Source of the DNA: Candidatus Omnitrophota bacterium
GTDB lineage: Bacteria; Omnitrophota; Gorgyraeia; Duberdicusellales; 4484-171
DNA: 64,000 nucleotides
Assembly (NCBI GenBank): GCA_043815185.1
Contig: JBDRJF010000002.1
Location: forward strand, 9,828-73,827
Reading direction: 5' to 3'
Shown here: positions 8,460 through 17,653 of the stretch, in pieces
How the letters are laid out: each line of letters opens with the position of its first letter
Numbering within the stretch: position 1 is the stretch's first letter
Position numbers and translations under genes: made by a program
The notes under the pieces: generated by a model
What the model saw: only the letters and a program-made list of their open reading frames with translations
Told to the model about the DNA's origin: nothing
Database searches by the model: none

Positions 8460-9545
8460 ATGCAGGAGATAAAAAAACATATCGATGACTTAGAAGCAGA
8501 GGTTAAAAGTTTAAGAGAAATTCTTAAGATTGAGCTTAAACGGGCCCAGATTCAGAATTTACAGGCAAAAATGTCCGAACCCCGTTTTTGGGAAGATTCA
8601 AAATCTGCTGCTGAAGTAGTGGCTGTGCTTAAAGATCTTAAAGGTGATGTTGACGATTGGGATGAGTTATTCAGTAAGCTTAAGAATTTAGAAGGGCTGC
8701 TCTCCATTTATGAACCGGGTCTTCAAGCAGATATTTTGAAAGAAGTAAAGAAACTAAGAAGTGATTGCCAACGGCTAAAGCTGCGAATTCTCTTTTCAGG
8801 TAAATTTGATGCTGCTAATGCAATTATTGAGATAAATTCAGGGGCCGGCGGAACTGAGGCCTGTGATTGGGCCAATATGCTTTTTAGAATGTATTTTCGG
8901 TGGGCTGAAGATAAGAAATTTAAGCTCAAAGTTTTAAGTGAAGTCAGGGGAGAGGAGGCCGGGCTGAAAAGTATTACCTTTTTCATTGAAGGCCGCAGGA
9001 CCTACGGATTATTAAAGTCCGAAATAGGAGTCCATCGTCTGGTAAGGATTTCACCTTTCGATGCCAATAAACGGCGCCATACGTCATTTGCTTCGGTGAA
9101 TGTTCTTCCGGAGATAAAAGAAGGTATTGAAATTGAGATAAAACCAGAGGATTTGAAGATTGATACCTTTCGTTCTTCAGGGGCCGGCGGACAGCATGTG
9201 AATGTTACTGATTCAGCAGTACGCATCACCCATTTACCTTCAAAGATTATAGTCAGTTGTCAAAACGAACGTTCTCAATACCAAAACAAGCAAACAGCCT
9301 TGAAAATATTAAGAGCAAAACTATATAAGCGTGAAGAGGCCGAAAGCAAAAAAGAGCTTGAGAAGGTTTCCGGGGAAAAGCAGAGGATTGAGTGGGGTTC
9401 TCAAATTCGTTCTTATGTTTTGCACCCTTATCTTTTGGTAAAAGACCATAGGACAAACTTCGAAATCCATAAAGCCAGGGAAGTTTTAGATGGGAAAATA
9501 GATGAGTTTATTTATAGCTATCTAAAATATAGCAGTTCTTTTTAG
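8460..9545 (+). CDS. prfB: Peptide chain release factor 2
   Basis: SPF tripeptide (RISPFDANKRRHTSF) and GGQ motif (SGAGGQHVN). A single uninterrupted ORF with no +1 frameshift site. Confidence 0.9.
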   Translation: MQEIKKHIDDLEAEVKSLREILKIELKRAQIQNLQAKMSEPRFWEDSKSAAEVVAVLKDLKGDVDDWDELFSKLKNLEGLLSIYEPGLQADILKEVKKLRSDCQRLKLRILFSGKFDAANAIIEINSGAGGTEACDWANMLFRMYFRWAEDKKFKLKVLSEVRGEEAGLKSITFFIEGRRTYGLLKSEIGVHRLVRISPFDANKRRHTSFASVNVLPEIKEGIEIEIKPEDLKIDTFRSSGAGGQHVNVTDSAVRITHLPSKIIVSCQNERSQYQNKQTALKILRAKLYKREEAESKKELEKVSGEKQRIEWGSQIRSYVLHPYLLVKDHRTNFEIHKAREVLDGKIDEFIYSYLKYSSSF

Positions 9546-9553
9546 GAGACTAA

Positions 9554-12418
9554 ATGATTAAGCGTTTTGTTCTTAAAAGTTGCCAGAAAAAGATCAATAG
9601 CTTAAAGCCTGGAGTGAATATTCAATTGAGTAGTGAAATCCCTACACCTTCTTTAAGAGAGAGCGCTTCTTTAGCCTCACTGGTTAGTGAGGTTAATGCT
9701 AAAGAAGAGGAATTGGCTAAGTGCCCCGACGGGTTTTTTAAAGAAAAGACCTTTGAGTTTAAGAGATTAATAAGGGAGAAGGCTAAAAATGTCCCTCCGG
9801 ATAGATATAAAGAGACAGTTGGAGGTGTCCTCGATCAAATTCTTCCTTCTTACTTTGCAATGGTCAGGGAGGCAGCAAGGAGAACCGTAAAGATGCGTCA
9901 TTTTGATGTTCAGATTTTAGGAGGGATTATTTTACATAAAAATAAAATTGCTGAAATGGTTACCGGGGAAGGCAAAACCCTGGTAGCAACTCTTGCTGCT
10001 TCTTTGAACGCGCTTACCGAAGGAGGCGTACATATAGTTACGGTTAATGATTATCTGGCTAAACGCGATCGCGAGTGGATGGGGCCGATTTATCAGTTTT
10101 TAGGTTTATCTTGCGGAGTTATTCAGCAGGACCTGCAGAAGCTTGAGAGGAAAGCTGCTTATCTTTGCGATATAACTTATGGAACTAACAATGAGTTCGG
10201 TTTTGATTATTTAAGGGACAACATGGTAACTAATCTGGATAGTATGGTTCAAAGAGGCCATTTTTACGCTATCGTTGATGAAGTAGACTCTATTCTTGTA
10301 GATGAGGCAAGAACTCCACTGATTATATCCGGGTCTGCTGAAAGTAATATAAAAAAGTATTATGATGCCGATAAGGTCATCAGGCAACTTAAGGCCAGAG
10401 TTATTATTCAAAGTTTTTATAATAAAAATGATGGCACGATTACCTTGAAAAATACTGACGGAAGCGAGGTAAAATTATCTTCTGAGGAACTCGAACAGAG
10501 TTTTGATGCAATTTGTGAAGAAAAAACCAACAACGTTGACTTTACTTCTCGGGGAGAGAAAAGAGCTGAAAAGCTTTTGGGTCTGAGCAGCATTTCTGAA
10601 GAAGCTCCTGACAGGCGCTCTAATTCCTGGAAGCACTATCTTAGTCAGAGCCTAAAGGCCCATAATTTCTTCCGTCGAGACAAAGAGTATATTGTAAAGG
10701 ATGGCAAAGTAGTTATCGTTGATGATTTCACCGGTCGGCTTATGCCAGGAAGGCGCTGGTCAGACGGTCTCCATCAAGCCGTAGAGGCAAAGGAAGGTTT
10801 GAAGATTCAGCAGGAGAGCCAGACCCTAGCTACGATAACTCTCCAGAATTACTTTCGCATGTATGATAAGTTATCCGGTATGACTGGTACGGCTTACACT
10901 GAAGCCAGTGAATTCAACCATATATACAAGCTGGATGTATCGGTGGTTTCTACTAATTGCACTTTAATCAGAAAAAATCATCCTGACCGGATCTATAAGA
11001 ACAAGCAAGGTAAGTTTAACGCTGTAATAAGCGAGATCGAAGAGCTCTATAGAATAAAGCGTCCGGTTCTAGTGGGGACGACTTCAATCGAAGATTCAGA
11101 AGAGCTCTCCTTTTTACTCCAGAAAAAAGGTATTGATCATAATATTTTAAACGCTAAATACCACGAAAAAGAAGCTTATATCATTGCTCAGGCCGGCCGT
11201 CTGGGACAGGTGACCATTGCTACTAATATGGCCGGCAGGGGTACCGATATAGTTCTAGGAGGAAACATTGACTACTTTGTCAAAAATATTTTAGCCCGAA
11301 ACAATATTCTTCCTGATGATGCCGCATATAACCAAGAATATCAGCGGTTATACAGGGAACATAAAGATAGATTTCAGGCTGAACACGATGCGGTTATTAA
11401 ACTAGAAGGTTTGCATATTATTGGTACTCAACGCCATGAAGCAAGAAGAATTGATAATCAGCTCAGAGGTAGGTCGGGACGCCAGGGAGATCCGGGTTCT
11501 TCGCGTTTCTATATTTCCCTGGAAGATGATTTAATGCGCCTTTTTGGTTCCGAGAGAATTTACGGCTTAATGGAGACCTTTGGTTTTCCCGAAGATCAAC
11601 CCATAGAACACGGGATTATTAATCATTCTTTAGCAGTTGCTCAAAAGAAGGTAGAAGCTCATAATTTTGAGATTCGAAAACAGCTCCTGCAGTATGATAA
11701 TATCATGAATAAACAGCGAGAGGTTATATATAGTCAAAGAAAGGAGATTTTAGAAGGTAAGGACATAAAGGAAGAAATTCTTTCTATGCTTGATGAAATA
11801 ATAGAGAGAAATTTGCCGCTTTATTTTCAAGAGGAGAACGATTCCCTTGGGCTGGTTCATTGGATAAAATCGAAGTTTGACCTGGAGCTGACTATCGGCC
11901 AACTAAGCAATTTAGATCCGGAAAGAACAATAGATCTTGTGAAGGAGAAGCTCAGAGGGGTTTATCAGGAAAAGGAATCAAAATCTGGACCTGAGGATAT
12001 GCGCCAGATGGAGAAGGCGGTTAGTCTCTGGATTGTAGATTCTCGCTGGAAGGAACATTTGTTAATAATCGACCATCTTAGAGAAGGCATACACCTGCGG
12101 GCTCATGCTCACGTTGACCCTTTGGTAGAGTATCAGCGAGAGTCTTACCTTGCTTTTCAAGATATGATTACTTCGATTAAAGAAGGCATTGTCGAGTTAG
12201 CCTTTAAGGCAAAGTTGACAACTAAAGAGGATACCGGAGTCTTTACTGAGACAGCTAAGAATTTTATCCATACCCGGTACGCTCCGTTAGATAAAGGGAA
12301 AGAACAGCTAAAAGCTGCCCGGGAAGTTCCCCGGTCCCCAAAAACTAAAAAAGTAGGTAGAAATGAACCTTGTCCTTGCGGCAGCGGAAAGAAGTACAAG
12401 AAGTGCTGCGGAAAGTGA
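9554..12418 (+). CDS. secA: Preprotein translocase ATPase SecA
   Basis: DEAD-like motor motifs (MVTGEGKTLVATL, VDEVDSILVDEARTPLIISG) and a C-terminal zinc-binding tail CPCGSGKKYKKCCG. Confidence 0.95.
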   Translation: MIKRFVLKSCQKKINSLKPGVNIQLSSEIPTPSLRESASLASLVSEVNAKEEELAKCPDGFFKEKTFEFKRLIREKAKNVPPDRYKETVGGVLDQILPSYFAMVREAARRTVKMRHFDVQILGGIILHKNKIAEMVTGEGKTLVATLAASLNALTEGGVHIVTVNDYLAKRDREWMGPIYQFLGLSCGVIQQDLQKLERKAAYLCDITYGTNNEFGFDYLRDNMVTNLDSMVQRGHFYAIVDEVDSILVDEARTPLIISGSAESNIKKYYDADKVIRQLKARVIIQSFYNKNDGTITLKNTDGSEVKLSSEELEQSFDAICEEKTNNVDFTSRGEKRAEKLLGLSSISEEAPDRRSNSWKHYLSQSLKAHNFFRRDKEYIVKDGKVVIVDDFTGRLMPGRRWSDGLHQAVEAKEGLKIQQESQTLATITLQNYFRMYDKLSGMTGTAYTEASEFNHIYKLDVSVVSTNCTLIRKNHPDRIYKNKQGKFNAVISEIEELYRIKRPVLVGTTSIEDSEELSFLLQKKGIDHNILNAKYHEKEAYIIAQAGRLGQVTIATNMAGRGTDIVLGGNIDYFVKNILARNNILPDDAAYNQEYQRLYREHKDRFQAEHDAVIKLEGLHIIGTQRHEARRIDNQLRGRSGRQGDPGSSRFYISLEDDLMRLFGSERIYGLMETFGFPEDQPIEHGIINHSLAVAQKKVEAHNFEIRKQLLQYDNIMNKQREVIYSQRKEILEGKDIKEEILSMLDEIIERNLPLYFQEENDSLGLVHWIKSKFDLELTIGQLSNLDPERTIDLVKEKLRGVYQEKESKSGPEDMRQMEKAVSLWIVDSRWKEHLLIIDHLREGIHLRAHAHVDPLVEYQRESYLAFQDMITSIKEGIVELAFKAKLTTKEDTGVFTETAKNFIHTRYAPLDKGKEQLKAAREVPRSPKTKKVGRNEPCPCGSGKKYKKCCGK

Positions 12419-12433
12419 GCAGTTAGCAGTTCA

Positions 12434-13909
12434 ATGATTGTCTGGATACTTTCTCTCTTCAGTGGTTTACTAGCCGGTTTAAGTTTTAATCTGCCTGCAT
12501 TTTCCTTTCTGATTTGGGTTTCTCTAGTGCCTTTTTTTTATGCAATAGCTGAAGGGAATCGGAAGATCCGTATATTGTCAGGGATAACTTTCGCCTTGTC
12601 TTACTACGGCCTGGTTTTGTTTTGGATAGCTAATGTCACTAAATTAGGATTAGTCCTGCTTCTTTTTTACCTTTCTTTTTACGGTCTACTTTTTGCCTTG
12701 CTTGGCCGTTATTTTCTCAATCGGCCTTTAAGAATGATTACCCTTTCTTGTCTCTGGGTTATTTTAGAACTTTTTAAAGAGATCATTTGGTGTGGTTTTG
12801 GCTGGGCAAATTTAGGCTACTCTCAATACCGGAATTTTTATCTTATCCAGATAGCTGATTTAGGCGGGACAAAATTAATCTCTTTCCTAATCATAATGGT
12901 AAACGTTTTGATCTTGGAGATAGTTTTAACCTTAAAACAAGGTGATAGAAACTGCAGTTTAAGGAGAAATGTCCTTAAAAAGGGTTCTTTTGCCTTTCTA
13001 ATTTTCTTGGTTTGTTTTTCATACTCAAGCTATAGGTTAAAGGATTTAAAAGAGCCAGATTCTCTAGAGGTATCAATAGTTCAGCCGAACATCCCCCAGG
13101 AATTAAAGTGGGAGCCGTTTTCCCAGTTTAAGATTATCGATACCTTAAGTAGCTTAGCAGAGGAGACCCGGGAAGATTCTTTAGTAATTTTTCCTGAAGC
13201 CGCCTGGCCGGCTATTATTGACCAAAGCAATTTTTATCAGTTAGAGCAATTTATCCGGGGTATAAATCGCAAGACCATTATTGGGGCGGTAGAAAGGCGT
13301 GAGGGTAAGTTTTATAATGTTGCTTTACTATTCGATAAAAAAACAAAACTTATTGACACTTATCGAAAAATAAAGCTGGTTCCTTTTGGAGAGTATGTTC
13401 CTTTAAGGAGGTTTTTAACTTTCATCGGAGTTCTAAATTCTATTGGTGATATGAGCCGGGGGGATAAATTTGTAAAATTTAACTTTAACGGCCGGAACTT
13501 TTCTGTGCTTATTTGTTTTGAAGATATTTTTCCCCGGCACGTTTTAAAATTCTCACGGGGTAATGATTTCCTGGTAAATATTACTAATGATGCCTGGTTT
13601 AAGGGCGAACCGGAAGCTAGCCAACATTTAGCTATCATGACTCTTAGGGCGGTAGAAAATAGAATTTCTATAATCCGCAGTGCTAATACCGGAATAAGTG
13701 GTTGGGTTTCTTTTAAGGGTGAGATTGAAAAAATAAGTGAGGATGGCAAAGAAGTATTCTTTGCCTCAACTAAAGGTTTCCAAGTCTCTTCCCGGCGCGG
13801 GAGGAGTTTTTATAATCGCTATGGTGAGTTTTTCCCTCTTTTTTGCGCGCTTTTCTTGATATTTTTTTTATGTTTAAACCGTATATTTAAACCCAGTCTA
13901 AACAACTAG
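12434..13909 (+). CDS. lnt: Apolipoprotein N-acyltransferase
   Basis: N-terminal polytopic membrane domain followed by a CN-hydrolase domain (VIFPEAAWP, LICFEDIFP, ITNDAWF). Confidence 0.85.
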   Translation: MIVWILSLFSGLLAGLSFNLPAFSFLIWVSLVPFFYAIAEGNRKIRILSGITFALSYYGLVLFWIANVTKLGLVLLLFYLSFYGLLFALLGRYFLNRPLRMITLSCLWVILELFKEIIWCGFGWANLGYSQYRNFYLIQIADLGGTKLISFLIIMVNVLILEIVLTLKQGDRNCSLRRNVLKKGSFAFLIFLVCFSYSSYRLKDLKEPDSLEVSIVQPNIPQELKWEPFSQFKIIDTLSSLAEETREDSLVIFPEAAWPAIIDQSNFYQLEQFIRGINRKTIIGAVERREGKFYNVALLFDKKTKLIDTYRKIKLVPFGEYVPLRRFLTFIGVLNSIGDMSRGDKFVKFNFNGRNFSVLICFEDIFPRHVLKFSRGNDFLVNITNDAWFKGEPEASQHLAIMTLRAVENRISIIRSANTGISGWVSFKGEIEKISEDGKEVFFASTKGFQVSSRRGRSFYNRYGEFFPLFCALFLIFFLCLNRIFKPSLNN

Positions 13910-13937
13910 TTGCCAAGAATACCTCTTGTGTTATAAT
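13910..13937 (+). promoter_or_regulatory. Promoter: TTGCCA, 16 bp, TGtTATAAT
   Basis: TTGCCA at 13910-13915, TG at 13929-13930 and TATAAT at 13932-13937. It lies 16 nt upstream of the ATG at 13954, and no SD is present. Confidence 0.55.
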
Positions 13938-13953
13938 CAGTCCTTCATGAACC

Positions 13954-14892
13954 ATGAATAAAGAAGGGAAAAAAATTTTCAGAAGAAAAGCAGGAGGAGT
14001 TGCCATCAAGGTCTTTTCGTCTTTGAGCAAACTTCTCCCTTTGAGTTGGAATTATTTTATTGGCAATATTTTAGGAAGCCTGGCTTATTTAGTTTTAAGG
14101 CGTCATCGCCAAATTGCCATGAATAGCCTTTCAATCGCTTTCCCTCATATGCCCTTAAAAGAAAAAAGAAAGATTACCCGTTTCTACTTTGTTTTTATGG
14201 CTCAAAGTGCCTTTGAATTGCTTTTCCTGGTGAAAAATACCCGCCATTTAAATAATATTCATATTGTGGGGAAAGAATGTCTGGAGGAAGCCTTAAAGAA
14301 GAAAAATGGAGTGTTACTGCTAACTGCTCATTTGGGAAATTTCCCTCTAATGCTTTTTAAATTAGCTAAAGAGGGCTTTTTAATAAATATTGTTGCCCGG
14401 CCAATGCGGGATAAGCATACTGATGATTACATTAGCGATTTAAGGACCAAAGGCGGGATAAAGACCATTCTTTCTTATCCGCGGAAAACCTGTATCAGCG
14501 GGATAATAAACGCCTTACGAAACAATGAGCTAGTTGTGATTCAAATGGACCAAAACTTTGGCACTGGCGGAGTTTGGGTGAATTTTTTTGGTAAATTAGC
14601 AGCTACTGCCATAGGGCCGATTACCATGGCTTTAAGAACTAAAGCGGCAATCGTTCCGGCATACATGATCAGAGAGAGTAGAAGTAATCATTGTTTAAAA
14701 ATATTTCCCCAGGAAGAACTAATTGTAACCGAAAATAAAGACCAGACCTTACTGCTTAACGCGATAAAGTTTACCCGGTTAATTGAGGGGTGGGTTCGAG
14801 AGTTTCCCTACCAGTGGGCCTGGATACATCGCCGCTGGAAATCCCGGCCTTCCGCGGAAATTAAGAAATCCCGGTTTAAAATCCAAGAATAA
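13954..14892 (+). CDS. Lipid A late acyltransferase, LpxL/HtrB family
   Basis: 312 aa with an N-terminal membrane anchor and an LpxL-family core (LLLTAHLGNFP...VVIQMDQNFG). Confidence 0.7.
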   Translation: MNKEGKKIFRRKAGGVAIKVFSSLSKLLPLSWNYFIGNILGSLAYLVLRRHRQIAMNSLSIAFPHMPLKEKRKITRFYFVFMAQSAFELLFLVKNTRHLNNIHIVGKECLEEALKKKNGVLLLTAHLGNFPLMLFKLAKEGFLINIVARPMRDKHTDDYISDLRTKGGIKTILSYPRKTCISGIINALRNNELVVIQMDQNFGTGGVWVNFFGKLAATAIGPITMALRTKAAIVPAYMIRESRSNHCLKIFPQEELIVTENKDQTLLLNAIKFTRLIEGWVREFPYQWAWIHRRWKSRPSAEIKKSRFKIQE

Positions 14893-14934
14893 AAAATGCT
14901 TGTAACATCAGGGTTTTTTGATAAAATTATTGTG

Positions 14935-17586
14935 ATGAAAGGTTTTTCCCGGTTACTTCTGCTATTATTGCTATTTTTTCCTCTAAGCGGTTTTTCTGCC
15001 TCTGATGCTTATCTTGTAGAAATGGGTGAGGTTTTTTTAGAAAGAGGCTATTGCCAAGAGGCTGAAATCGAGTTTAAGCGGGCTTTAGCTATTAATCCGG
15101 CTAATCAAAAAGCCGCAATATACTTAGCAGATATCCGCCAAGAAAAGATAGCCAACACCTTAAATGCTCTGGTATCGGAGGAAAAGGTAATTATTCCGGC
15201 AACCTCCCCGACAGAAGTGGATTATTTTAAGGTGTACCCTGAGTCTTACTACCGAGAAGCAGAGTTTTTGGACCAGGAACCTACTAATTTTACTCTTAAA
15301 GGAGAATATCAAATGAGTCTTGGCCTAGAGGATGGAGATATTTTATGGAAGCGGGCCAATGCTGACTTAAGTGAGGAAAATTGGCGGATTTTATCGGATC
15401 AGGCTTATAACCGCCGGGAAAATACTTTTGATCCGGCTGTTTTTAGCCGGATAAAATTTGAGATTGATTCTCTCCAGGAAGAAGGCTGGGGATTTCATGG
15501 CAATGTTGATATCAGCCCCTGGAGTTTTATCGGCAAGAGCAAGGAAGTTACCGTGAGCAACGACGGAGATACTTTTGATCTGGAATATAATTATTGGTCT
15601 AATATGCGTTACACTGTGAATAAAACAGTGTATTCTAACGCTAAAGGAGACTCTTTAAATCTACCGGAATTAAAAGTAGTTGATGGCAAGATTCCTTCAG
15701 TTACAATAACCAGCCTTAACGGCAATATCCTTACTGTTCCGGAGTTAGAAGTTGAAAGAGAAGTTTGGCCGTTGCGGGAGCTCTGGTTTGATTACAAAAA
15801 CGATAGTTTGACTTTAAAAGTTTTTCCGGTAGCTATGGAGAATCTTGCTTATTCTTCTGATGATCCTTTAAATCTTACCAATAACCATACCTATTGGGAA
15901 GAATCACAGTGGTTAATTAATTGGCAGCCCGGCCATGTAAATTCTGAATTAGCCTCGCCGGACTTTCAAAAGGGCTGGTGGGATGATTCTACAGCTTATA
16001 TTACCCGGGATTCTACGGGAGCAAGGCTTACCGCCTTACGAGGTTTTTCTTTGAATTTTGACTCCGAGAAAACAAGCTTGGATTTCACTACTGCTTCACC
16101 TAAAGAGTTATGGCAGGATTATACTGATTTTAACACTTTTCAGAATGCCCTTCGCGGTAAATACTTTTGGATGGACGATCTTACTCTCGGGTTTGTTTAT
16201 GGTTCTAAATTGGGGTACGATAAGCGAGCTTTGGATATTTACAACCACTTCCTTGGCCTTGATGCCAGTTTAAACTTAGGAGAAAATACCGAGCTTTTCT
16301 TAGAAGCAGCTACATCTCGCAGCAAGCAGGATATAAGGTCTGATTATCAGAGCGAAAAAAGAGGAAATATCTTTCAGGTAAGTTTGGTTAATGCGGCTTT
16401 TAACCGGAATGAAGAAAATTACTTGGGAGTCACGCCTCGAGATGAAGAGCTTTTTTATAAATTACGCTTAGCCCTCACCCATATGGATCAGGGTTTTGAG
16501 AGTGCTTTAGCTAGTTTTCGTGAAACAAGAGATGACACTTTCTGGTCGCGTCACTTAACTTTCCGCAAACCTTTTGATTATTACTTTAGTGGTCTTCACG
16601 AGCCGGGTTTGAACTGGGATGATGTAAAAGCTTTTAGTGTTGGTGACGGTATTGATTACGGAAGGGATACTATCAGCCTTAGGATAGAAGCCGATAATTT
16701 GTTAGACCAGGATTTAGGTGCTTTCTTTGATATCCGAAATGTGCATAATGTTGATGGTGAGTATATTGAGAACGTTGCCCGTCTGGAAGCCGTTTACAGG
16801 CCCTTAGACAGGTTGACTGCAAAGCTTTTAGGTATTTATCATGATTTACCCAAGACCGATGCCGGAATAGATCCTTTTATAATTGATTCCCAAAGCGGGA
16901 ATTTTTATCAGAATACATCGGTAGAAGACGGAAAAGATCCTAGTTTAAAGACAATGTCTTTGGGAGCTAATTATGATTTCTTTAATTGGTTGGCAGCAAG
17001 TTTTATTTGGGAGCATACTAACGATTCGACTTTAGCTTATGATAATTTTGGCCGTGGCTTACTCGATTGGACCGCCTTTTCCACCTATCCCGAATATGGC
17101 CAGATATTTCGTGAGTCTACCTACGGGTTAAACCACACCGGTGCTTTTCCGATTCCGCCTTATCCCTATTTCGATATTTTTAAAGCCGGTATCAACTTAA
17201 GGCCAAAGGATAATCTGGAGATTCATTTAGATTATACTCGTAATGAATATGAGTGGGCCCAGATTATAGATGACAACATGAATCATATTGGTCTTGAAGT
17301 GAGTTATTCGCCAACCGAAAAATTAGGGCTTCACGGACGTTATGTCTACTCAAAAGTTAATGATATTTCTGAGTTGAATGAAGACTCGCGGGTAGAGAAT
17401 CGATCTCATCATGCTTTTTTCTCTGAAGCAAGGATGAAATTAAAAGAAGACAGTGAATTGGTTGCTCAATATGGCGTAGGCAGTATTGCTGGAATTTCCG
17501 AATCAACCTATTCACCTTTTGGCGGCGGGGTAGCTGTTCTTGATACCCAACATATTGGCAGAGTCTACTACCGCAGGAAGTTTTAA
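14935..17586 (+). CDS. Large secreted protein: one TPR unit plus a putative outer-membrane beta-barrel; function unknown
   Basis: Signal peptide MKGFSRLLLLLLLFFPLSGFSA and a TPR-like segment (ERGYCQEAEIEFKRALAINPANQKA). It is aromatic/Gly/Asp-rich with an alternating pattern and a C-terminal ...VYYRRKF ending in Phe. The ORF track begins at 14896. Confidence 0.6.
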   Translation: MKGFSRLLLLLLLFFPLSGFSASDAYLVEMGEVFLERGYCQEAEIEFKRALAINPANQKAAIYLADIRQEKIANTLNALVSEEKVIIPATSPTEVDYFKVYPESYYREAEFLDQEPTNFTLKGEYQMSLGLEDGDILWKRANADLSEENWRILSDQAYNRRENTFDPAVFSRIKFEIDSLQEEGWGFHGNVDISPWSFIGKSKEVTVSNDGDTFDLEYNYWSNMRYTVNKTVYSNAKGDSLNLPELKVVDGKIPSVTITSLNGNILTVPELEVEREVWPLRELWFDYKNDSLTLKVFPVAMENLAYSSDDPLNLTNNHTYWEESQWLINWQPGHVNSELASPDFQKGWWDDSTAYITRDSTGARLTALRGFSLNFDSEKTSLDFTTASPKELWQDYTDFNTFQNALRGKYFWMDDLTLGFVYGSKLGYDKRALDIYNHFLGLDASLNLGENTELFLEAATSRSKQDIRSDYQSEKRGNIFQVSLVNAAFNRNEENYLGVTPRDEELFYKLRLALTHMDQGFESALASFRETRDDTFWSRHLTFRKPFDYYFSGLHEPGLNWDDVKAFSVGDGIDYGRDTISLRIEADNLLDQDLGAFFDIRNVHNVDGEYIENVARLEAVYRPLDRLTAKLLGIYHDLPKTDAGIDPFIIDSQSGNFYQNTSVEDGKDPSLKTMSLGANYDFFNWLAASFIWEHTNDSTLAYDNFGRGLLDWTAFSTYPEYGQIFRESTYGLNHTGAFPIPPYPYFDIFKAGINLRPKDNLEIHLDYTRNEYEWAQIIDDNMNHIGLEVSYSPTEKLGLHGRYVYSKVNDISELNEDSRVENRSHHAFFSEARMKLKEDSELVAQYGVGSIAGISESTYSPFGGGVAVLDTQHIGRVYYRRKF

Positions 17587-17606
17587 TTTAAATCTTTTTA
17601 ACGGCA

Positions 17607-17634
17607 TTGACAGCAATAATTTATATGTTATAAT
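17607..17634 (+). promoter_or_regulatory. Strong promoter: TTGACA, 16 bp, TGtTATAAT
   Basis: TTGACA at 17607-17612, TG at 17626-17627 and TATAAT at 17629-17634. The A/G-rich SD (AAAAGGGGGGG) and the ATG at 17654 follow. Confidence 0.6.
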
Positions 17635-17653
17635 TATTTCAAAAGGGGGGGTA

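Noticed and set aside
8460-8560. Expected programmed +1 frameshift site of prfB
   Set aside because: The RF2 ORF is continuous from Met1 (MQEIKKHIDDLEAEVKSLREILKIELKR...). It has no in-frame UGA and no CUU UGA C-type site. This genome appears to encode RF2 without the autoregulatory frameshift, as a minority of bacteria do.
9554-9700. About 20 extra residues near the SecA N-terminus as a possible mis-called start or insertion
   Set aside because: No alternative in-frame start gives a better N-terminus, and a good SD (AGGAG) precedes 9554. This is likely lineage-specific variation and is not worth a finding without an alignment.
16058-16273. Same-strand alternative-frame ORFs inside the large outer-membrane protein gene (and at 52479-52697 inside alaS)
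   Set aside because: They are short, lack a ribosome-binding site and sit inside long genes with coherent protein features in another frame.
17540-17653. N-terminal extensions in the ORF track (17540, 30231, 32386, 39015, 47662, 14896, 28162, 3998)
   Set aside because: In each case an internal Met preceded by a GGAGG-type SD or a positioned -10 box gives the canonical protein N-terminus (S2, RRF, RecA, signal peptides, Rossmann start). The upstream codons overlap the preceding gene or a promoter.
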